Assembly: GCF_006345805.1 (NCBI RefSeq)
Contig: NW_021829776.1
Span: 1 to 5,940 of the forward strand
Direction: 5' to 3'
Length of the DNA stretch: 5,940 nt
Origin: Octopus sinensis
Taxonomy: Eukaryota
The number at the start of each line of letters is the position of its first letter. Within the stretch, counting starts at the first letter, position 1. A program made the position numbers and the translations under genes. Positions 1-5,940 of this stretch are shown piece after piece. The notes beneath the pieces were generated by a model. The model made no database searches and was not told where the DNA came from. It saw nothing but the letters and a program-made list of their open reading frames with translations.

Positions 1-58
1 TATTATACAGATCAATATATATCTGGAGATTGTATATAATATATATTTATTAACTAAC

Positions 59-95
59 CTTGTTCAGCATCACAGACACCACATTATAGTGTTGG
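59..95 (-). CDS. Ankyrin gene exon D (37 nt): (R)QHYNVVSVMLNK
   Basis: Long pyrimidine tract ...tttttctttccttatcctttactttcAG (AG at 97-96); donor AAG|GTTAGT (58-53). Its 1+36 nt complete the phase-2 Arg of exon C and give the expected H-x-x-V-V-x-x-(M/L)-L second ANK helix. Confidence 0.88.
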
Positions 96-301
96 CTGAA
101 AGTAAAGGATAAGGAAAGAAAAACATGAAAAAAACAAACATCACACAGCTTGAGATAATAATTATTAGGTCATTAAAGAAAACAAATGCAATTAGGTCAC
201 AATAACTTAATTACAGCAATTATTACACACATACTCACACACACATATATATTTATTCAATACACACACTACTACACAGTAAACATGTTATATACACACC
301 T

Positions 302-345
302 GAGTAAACCCAGAAATGTAAAGACAGGAAAAATACAGCTAAGAA
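302..345 (-). mobile_element. Decayed SINE fragment (copy 1 of 4 in the intron between exons C and D)
   Basis: cagaaatgtaaagacaggaaaaatacagctaaga aligns with ctgaacgtaaagag (486-499) and aagagacaaatgtaaatactgtaaga (668-693). Confidence 0.5.
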
Positions 346-404
346 TTCTGACAGCTTATATAAACATGAAATTTAGGAAGGAAAGAAGGGCTACAGGTAA
401 TCAT

Positions 405-508
405 TTGAACCCCAGTACATGACAGGTATTGTATTTTATCAACCTTGCAAAGATGGAAGAAGTTGACCTTGGCAGGATTTGAACTCTGAACGTAAAGAGT
501 CGTAAATA
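405..508 (-). mobile_element. Decayed tRNA-derived SINE fragment (copy 2, best preserved)
   Basis: The minus strand reads gagttcaaatcctgccaaggtcaacttcttccatctttgcaaggttgataaaatacaatacc. This is a B-box (GTTCAAATCC, 484-475) followed by a segment resembling the gcctttcatccttcggggtcgataaaat-type central domain I recall from several metazoan SINEs (not searched). Confidence 0.7.
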
Positions 509-589
509 AAATAACACAATTTATTTTCTCTAAAAGTAATAAGAAACAAGAACTGGAGAAAAGAAGGAAGACAGTTTATTAAAGGAACC

Positions 590-693
590 CCTGGGTATTA
601 CTGGTACAGATTATATTGACCCCAGAGTGATAGTAAATATTCTGGTAGGATTTGAACATGAACATAAAAGAGACAAATGTAAATACTGTAAGA
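590..693 (-). mobile_element. Decayed SINE fragment (copy 3)
   Basis: ggatttgaac at 648-657. Upstream ctggtac...tatattgacccc parallels caggtat...tttatcaacc of copy 2. Confidence 0.6.
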
Positions 694-787
694 GGATGAT
701 TCTCTATTTAGCCCAGGGTCGGAATAAATAGGGAAACTACAAGGAGAGAGGTGAGGAAGAAAAGAGAAAGAGAGAGAAGTAGTTCAA

Positions 788-830
788 GATGGGATGAAAG
801 GAAGAAGAGAGAGGATTTGAACCTGTGACG
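788..830 (-). mobile_element. Decayed SINE fragment (copy 4)
   Basis: ggatgaaagg (792-801) followed by ggatttgaac (813-822), in the same order as agatggaaga...ggatttgaac in copy 2. Confidence 0.5.
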
Positions 831-1066
831 TTGAGGAAATGGAGAACGAGATGAAGTAAAGAGTCCAGTCAGGCAACAACAATAACAATTATGGTGATGA
901 TTAATTAATAAAGTAGATTACAGTGTAATTTCAGTGCGAAAGAGAGAAGAAAGACAATGACCCCATGGTGGGATAATGACATGAATGACTGAATGAAAAA
1001 GAAACAAACATTATTGAAAACATAAAAGAAACAGATTTGGATATTCCAGATCCAATGGGGACTTAC

Positions 1067-1221
1067 CGCTGAACTGCATCATGCAGTGGTGTGTCTCCAT
1101 TGTTGCTAACCACATTGACATCGATGCCATTGTGACCCAGCAACAGCTCGACAGTGTGCAAGGATCCCAACCAACAGGCCAAGTGCAGCGGTGTGCGACC
1201 ATCATTAGACTGTGCGTTGAC
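1067..1221 (-). CDS. Ankyrin gene exon C (155 nt): [51 protein letters not shown]+CG
   Basis: Acceptor ttcttttctttttcAG (AG at 1223-1222); donor CG|GTAAGT (1066-1061). Contains two canonical G-x-TPLH-x-A motifs. Starts in phase 0 and ends in phase 2. Confidence 0.95.
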
Positions 1222-1370
1222 CTGAAAAAGAAAAGAATAAAAACATTAAAAATGGTGTCTGAAAGGGGAGTCGGGTGGTGAAGAATTAAAAGAAAAACTC
1301 ACAGAAAAAGAGAAAATTAATTAAACAGGTGGAATGATTGGGGTGGGGAGTAGGTAATGCAGATTTCTAT

Positions 1371-1450
1371 TGTATATACACACACGCGTATACACACATA
1401 CATATGTACATATAAATATATTTATACACACACACAAACACACGCATATA
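1371..1450. repeat. Compound (CA)/(TA) microsatellite
   Basis: Nearly continuous alternating purine-pyrimidine sequence read directly. Confidence 0.85.
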
Positions 1451-1490
1451 GGATGAATAACTGAATAAATAAACACATAGAGCAGCAAAA

Positions 1491-1525
<35 letters not shown>

Positions 1526-1541
1526 GTTCGCGTGTGTGTAT
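1491..1541. repeat. (TG)n microsatellite
   Basis: (TG)12 at 1491-1514 followed by interrupted TG. Confidence 0.95.
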
Positions 1542-1556
1542 GTTCACAGTTACATT

Positions 1557-2047
1557 TATTCTTTTATTCTTTCATTTGTTTCAGTCATGTGAATGTGGCC
1601 ATGCTGGAGCACTGTCGTTAGTCGAGCAAATCGACCCCAGTAAGCCTAGTACTTATTTTATTCGCTTCTTTTGCAGAAACGCTTAGTTTACGGGGACGTA
1701 ACACACACCATCGGTTGTCAAGTGATGTTGGGGGACAACACAGACACACAAACACACGCACGTACACACAGACACACATAACACACACATACACAAACTC
1801 ATATGTGTATATATATATATATGTACACACACACATACACACACACACATATATAGATTTATACATATTTATATATATATACATACGACGAGCTTCTTTC
1901 AGTCTCCATCTACCAAATCCACTCACAAGGTTTGCTCAGCCTGAGGCTATAGCAGAAGGCACTTGTACATTGTGCCATGCAGTGAAAATGAACCGGGAAC
2001 CATGTGGTTGGTAAGCAAGTTACTTACCACAAAGCCACACCTGCGCC
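1557..2047 (-). mobile_element. tRNA-derived SINE with internal CA/TA microsatellite, copy 1 (octopus-type, CORE-like)
   Basis: The minus-strand head ggcgcaggtgtggctttgtggtaag has an A-box-like TGGCTTTGTGG (2037-2027) and a degenerate B-box GGTTCATTTTC (1994-1984). It is collinear with 2088-2491 along its whole length. Internal microsatellite at about 1741-1885; short gaaagaataaaagaataa-type tail. Confidence 0.88.
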
Positions 2048-2087
2048 TCTCTCTCACACATGTGTGTGTGTGTGTATGTAAATAGAT

Positions 2088-2491
2088 CTTTTTTACTCTT
2101 TTGCTTGTTTCCATCATTTGACTGTGGCCATGATGGAGCACCACATTTAGTCGAGGAAATTGCCATCAGGACTTATTCTTTGTAAGTCTAGTACTTATTC
2201 TATCGATCTCTTTGCCGAACCGCTAAGTTACGGGGGCGTAAACACACCAGCATCGGTTGTCAAGCGATGGTGAGTAACAAACACGCACACTCAAACACAC
2301 AAATATATATATAAATATATATATATATATACATATATAGGACGGGCTTCTTCCAGTTTCCGTCTACCAAATCCACTCACAAGGCTTTGGTCGGCCCGAG
2401 GCTATAGTACAAGACACTTGCCCAAGTGGGACTGAACCCGGAACCATGTGGTTTGTAAGCAAGCGACTTACCACACAGCCATTCTTGTGCC
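2088..2491 (-). mobile_element. tRNA-derived SINE with internal CA/TA microsatellite, copy 2 (same family)
   Basis: A-box-like TGGCTGTGTGG (2481-2471), B-box GGTTCAGTCCC (2438-2428), and ttgggcaagtg (2425-2415) resembling the CORE motif ccttgggcaagt. Shares long blocks with copy 1, e.g. ctaccaaatccactcacaagg and catcggttgtcaag. Confidence 0.9.
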
Positions 2492-2501
2492 TATATATAT
2501 A

Positions 2502-2579
<78 letters not shown>

Positions 2580-2617
2580 ATATATTATATATATATATAT
2601 AATATGTATATATATAT
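2492..2617. repeat. Interrupted (TA)n microsatellite, ~125 nt
   Basis: Read directly. Confidence 0.97.
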
Positions 2618-2851
2618 GTTGTTGTATGTTCCTCATGAAGCTTTTTAATATAAACATTTCTTATGAAATTTTCTGAAAATCCATCCCTTTCAATGTCTTA
2701 ATCAACAATTATGTCTGGAGTTGTGATTGGTTTTGAAACTAATCAAATGCTTCTGTTTTCTCAACATAATCGTCATCGAAAATCAATGATTATTATTAAA
2801 AAGTAGGAAACACCAGAAAGTTATTGGGAAAAAATACGTGGGCTCAGGAAG

Positions 2852-2907
2852 TATATATATATATGTGTGCGTGTGTGTTTGTGTGTGTGTGTACATACTC
2901 ATATATA

Positions 2908-2971
<64 letters not shown>
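2852..2971. repeat. Compound (TA)/(TG) then (TA)n microsatellite
   Basis: Read directly; near-pure TA from 2915. Confidence 0.95.
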
Positions 2972-2973
2972 AA

Positions 2974-3284
2974 GGAGCACTCCGTCATTACGACGACGAG
3001 GGCCCCGCTGATCTGATCAACGGAACAGCCTGCTTATGAAATTAACGTGCAAGTGACTGAGCAATCCACAGACACGTGTTTCTCAGGGAGATTCAGCGTG
3101 ACACAGAGTGTGACAAGGCAGACCCTTTGAAATACAGGTACAACTCATTTTTCATTTTGCCAGCTGAGTGGACTGGAGCAACGTGAAATAAGTGTCTTGC
3201 TCAAGGACACAACTCGTCGCGGGAATTGAACTCACGACCTTACAATCGTAAGCCGATTGCCCTAACCACTTAGCCACGCGCCTT

Positions 3285-3287
<3 letters not shown>
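2974..3287 (-). mobile_element. tRNA-derived SINE of a second family (CORE-like), near full length
   Basis: Minus strand: A-box TGGCTAAGTGG (3276-3266), B-box GAGTTCAATTCCC (3233-3221) 32 nt later, then gtgtccttgagcaagacactt...ctccagtccactcagctgg, similar to the CORE domain of CORE-SINEs. Flanked on both sides by (TA)n. Confidence 0.88.

Positions 3288-3330
<43 letters not shown>
3288..3330. repeat. (TA)n microsatellite
   Basis: Read directly. Confidence 0.95.
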
Positions 3331-3678
3331 CTAATATAGGATGAAGTTTTTTTTACAGAAAAAATATTCTATCAAAAAATGTGGCAGCATATTAAAATAA
3401 CTTTACAGTTAAATTATAAACAACTTATAAATAAGGGCTAAAGAAAAGTATTTCAAAGCCAATTTGCTGATAAGAGACTTTTAAATCGTCAATTTCCACA
3501 TATTATTTACTCGCTACAGAAAAAAAAACACTAAGAACTGAAATCGGGGAAAGCCGGACGATAGAATGTTTTTTAAAATGTTCGTTATTTCTATATTGAA
3601 TCAATTTCGGAATTAATCTCATAATAGATTCTTTCCTCTTCAGTAGAACATACGAAAGGATATAAATAAGATACTTAC

Positions 3679-3724
3679 CTCACTGCCCCGAGATAGTAAG
3701 ATCTCCACAGCAAGAAGGTGATTC
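3679..3724 (-). CDS. Ankyrin gene exon B (46 nt): (G)NHLLAVEILLSRGSE
   Basis: Acceptor tttctatcttttaccctcAG (AG at 3726-3725); donor GAG|GTAAGT (3678-3673). Its 1+45 nt complete the phase-2 Gly of exon A and supply the missing second ANK helix, ending in phase 0 as exon C requires. Confidence 0.92.
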
Positions 3725-3794
3725 CTGAGGGTAAAAGATAGAAACATTGACTAATTTACATTAAATATGAAAATATTTTGGCTTTGAGACGAAA

Positions 3795-4855
3795 CATTAT
3801 CGTCATCATCATCATCATCATTATCACCTGCACTATTATCATCAATATCATGCTCATCAACATCATTACCATCATCATCATTGCCACCACCTCCATCATT
3901 GACAAAATCATCATCATCATCATCGCCATCATCATCATCGCCATCATCGCCATCATCATCATCGCCTTCATCATCATCACCATCTTCATCACCTGCACTA
4001 TTATCATCAATATCATGTTCATCAACATCATTACCATCATCATCATTGCCACCACCTCCATCATTGACATAATCATCATCATCATCATCATCACCATCAT
4101 CATCATCATAGCCTTCATCATCATCACCCTCATTGCCAACACCATCATCATCATTATCATCTTTGACATCTCCAATATCATCATAATCAATATTATCATC
4201 ATTCATTACCACTATAATCATAATCATCATCATCATCATCATTATCATCACCATCATTATCATCGTCATCATCATCATCATCGCATCTATCATCATCATC
4301 AACACCATCATCAACAGCAAGATCAACCTCATCAATATCATCATCATCATCATAATCATTATCATCATCATCATCATAATAATAACATCATAATCATCAT
4401 CATCATCGTCATCATCACGATAATCATCATAATAATCATCGTCGTCATCATCATCATCATCATCATCCACATCATCATCATCATCATGATCATCATCATC
4501 ATCATCATCATTATTATCAACATCATCATCTTCATCATCGTCGTTATCATCATCATCACCACATCATCATCATCATCATGGTCGTCATCATCATCATTAT
4601 CGTCATCATCATCATAATCATCATCATCACCATCACCATCATCATCTTCATCATCGTCGTTATCATCAACATCATGATCATCATCATCATAATCATCATC
4701 ATCATCATCATCACCATCACCATCATCAGCTTCATCATCGTGGTTATCATCGTCATCATCATAATCATCATCATCATCGTCGTCATCATCATCATTCATC
4801 GCCACAATAATTATAATCATCATCATCGGCATAATCACAGTCATCATCATCATCG

Positions 4856-4894
<39 letters not shown>

Positions 4895-4975
4895 ACATCA
4901 TCAACAACATCATCATCATGGTCGACATCACCAATACCGTCATTGTCATCATTATCGCCGTTATCATCATCATAT
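3795..4975. repeat. Cryptic (ATC)n / (GAT)n trinucleotide array, ~1.18 kb, with internal higher-order duplications
   Basis: ATC units with mostly single-base variants and several register shifts. It accounts for the poly-D/M/I/H/S ORFs in the track. Confidence 0.97.
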
Positions 4976-5033
4976 TCGGGATTGTTATGATTGAATAATG
5001 ACTAATGAATTGGATCGATGACTAAAGAGAAGC

Positions 5034-5053
5034 TTGTTGTTGTTGTTGTTGTT
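5034..5053. repeat. (TTG)6 microsatellite
   Basis: Read directly. Confidence 0.9.
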
Positions 5054-5179
5054 TGCTAGTCTGCTGTTGTGCTGTTGTCCCACAACTATGGCGTCTTTGG
5101 ACATTGAACCTGTGTCTGCAATTGCAACAAATTTACAAACAAAAACACATCTGCAGATTTTACTTGATTCTCAACTTAC

Positions 5180-5337
5180 CCAAACACAGCCCAATGTAAA
5201 GCTGTATAACCAATTGAGTCTTTTCTTCCCACCTCTCCTCCTGCTTTTATCAATATTTCGATGATTCTTCTATCGGCGCCCTCATAACAGGCCAACATTA
5301 AAGGAGTTCGTCCATCTTCATTAATAGGTTTATTAAT
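5180..5337 (-). CDS. Ankyrin gene exon A (158 nt): INKPINEDGRTPLMLACYEGADRRIIEILIKAGGEVGRKDSIGYTALHWAVF+GG
   Basis: Acceptor ctcactttcttcattacAG (AG at 5339-5338); donor GG|GTAAGT (5179-5174). Contains the ANK motifs GRTPLMLAC and GYTALHWAV. Starts in phase 0 and ends in phase 2. Confidence 0.93.
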
Positions 5338-5380
5338 CTGTAATGAAGAAAGTGAGGACATGTGAAATAGAGAAATTCCA

Positions 5381-5940
5381 TTTTCTCTCTCTCTCTCTCT
5401 TTTCTCTCTTTGTCTCTCACTCTCTTTCTCGTTTTCTTTCCTCTTTCATTTCTCACTTTCTCTGTCTTTCTTTCTCTCTCCGTGTCTCTTTCACTCTCTC
5501 TTTTCCCCTTTTCTTTTTCTCTCTTTCTCTCTCTCATTTCCTTCCTCTTTCTCGTTTTCTTTTTTTTCTTTTCTCTCCTTCTCTCTCTCTCTTTCATTTC
5601 TTTCTCTTTCTATTCTTACATTCTTTCTCTTTCCCTTCATCTTCTCTCTCTCTCTTTCTCCCGCTTTTCTCTCTCTCCCATTCTTTTCTCTCTTTTTCTA
5701 TTTCACTTTTTTCTATTTCTCTCGTTTTCTTCCTCTTTCTTTATCTCTCTCTCTCTATTACTTTTCTCTCTTTCTTTCTCTCTCTGTCTCCTTCACTATT
5801 CCTTTTCTCTCTTTCACCCAACCTTTTTCTTTTTCGTCTCTCTTTCTTCTTTTACTTTTATCTCTCTCTCTCTGCTTCTCATTGCCTTTTCTCTCTTTCT
5901 TCCTCTTTCTCTTCCCTTTTCTATCTCTCTCTACCTTTCC
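5381..5940. repeat. CT-rich low-complexity polypyrimidine/polypurine tract (at least 560 nt, runs off the window)
   Basis: The plus strand is almost entirely C/T, with (CT)n and TTTC units. Confidence 0.97.

Larger units (their letters stand above)
59..5337 (-). other. Partial multi-exon ankyrin-repeat protein gene (4 internal coding exons; start and stop lie outside the window)
   Basis: The four exons splice in frame with intron phases 2, 0, 2 and no stop codon. The T of the T-P/A-L-H/M motifs falls at residues 11, 45, 78 and 112 (spacing 34, 33, 34 aa), matching the ~33-aa ANK period. Introns: 5179-3725 (1455 nt), 3678-1222 (2457 nt), 1066-96 (971 nt). Confidence 0.93.

Noticed and set aside
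164-199. attaggtca twice (AGGTCA nuclear-receptor half-sites)
   Set aside because: Only two 9-mers 27 nt apart in AT-rich sequence; the spacing matches no classical response element and chance is plausible.
302-830. Regularly spaced repeats as a CRISPR-like array
   Set aside because: The context is a eukaryotic intron, the repeats are degenerate SINE pieces, the period (~170 bp) is far too long, and there are no cas genes.
1011-1281. ORFs 1011..1205 (-) and 1081..1281 (+)
   Set aside because: They are off-frame and antisense shadows of exon C.
1411-1426. Perfect 16-bp palindrome tataaatatatttata
   Set aside because: Expected by chance within TA-rich microsatellite sequence.
1492-3039. YI/CV/TH-rich ORFs
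   Set aside because: They are translations of dinucleotide microsatellites and SINE sequence.
3215-3287. Possible tRNA gene (also the heads at 1984-2047 and 2428-2491)
   Set aside because: A and B boxes are present, but I could not build a complete acceptor stem, and each head continues into a SINE body.
3331-3660. AT-rich non-repetitive intron segment as a possible transposon remnant
   Set aside because: I found no terminal inverted repeats, ORF or recognisable family motif; a repeat-library search would be needed.
3751-4470. 239-aa Asp-rich ORF resembling acidic biomineralisation proteins, with a repeated VNDGGGGNDDDGNDVDEHDIDDNSAGD
   Set aside because: It is a translation of the (GAT)n array. 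Nearly all non-Asp residues are single-base neighbours of GAT, stops are not expected in that frame, and it switches to poly-Met where the register shifts. It lies in an intron and has no pyrimidine-tract acceptor in the right phase. Peptide or ribosome-profiling evidence would be needed to revive it.
3756-4994. Other poly-Ile/Met/His/Ser ORFs on both strands
   Set aside because: They are alternative frames of the same trinucleotide array.
5338-5361. Met at 5361 (MSSLSSLQ) as the start codon
   Set aside because: These 24 nt are the pyrimidine tract and CAG acceptor, and the peptide resumes mid-ANK pattern right after it. An internal exon is more likely, though 5' RACE would be needed to exclude a start here.
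5298-5597. Lys/Arg/Glu-rich 99-aa ORF
   Set aside because: It is a translation of the GA tract running into exon A out of frame.

Overview
Eukaryotic, AT-rich, microsatellite-dense genomic DNA. From memory, the SINE families look like those of Octopus (coleoid cephalopod); this is an inference and was not searched. The whole window lies inside one spliced minus-strand gene for an ankyrin-repeat protein. Four internal exons (5337-5180, 3724-3679, 1221-1067, 95-59; 158+46+155+37 = 396 nt) have canonical AG/GT ends and join in frame into 132 aa with four ANK repeats: [132 protein letters not shown]. The ORF track shows only the first exon in its correct frame. The introns hold three near-full-length tRNA-derived SINEs, four decayed SINE fragments spaced about 170 bp apart, several TA/CA microsatellites, a ~1.2 kb cryptic (ATC)n array with higher-order duplications, and a 560-nt CT-rich tract. 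The most notable signal is the gene architecture: a repeated two-exon/two-ANK module whose removal by splicing would keep the frame and leave a well-formed chimeric repeat. I see no evidence of a prokaryotic system, CRISPR array or true RNA gene.
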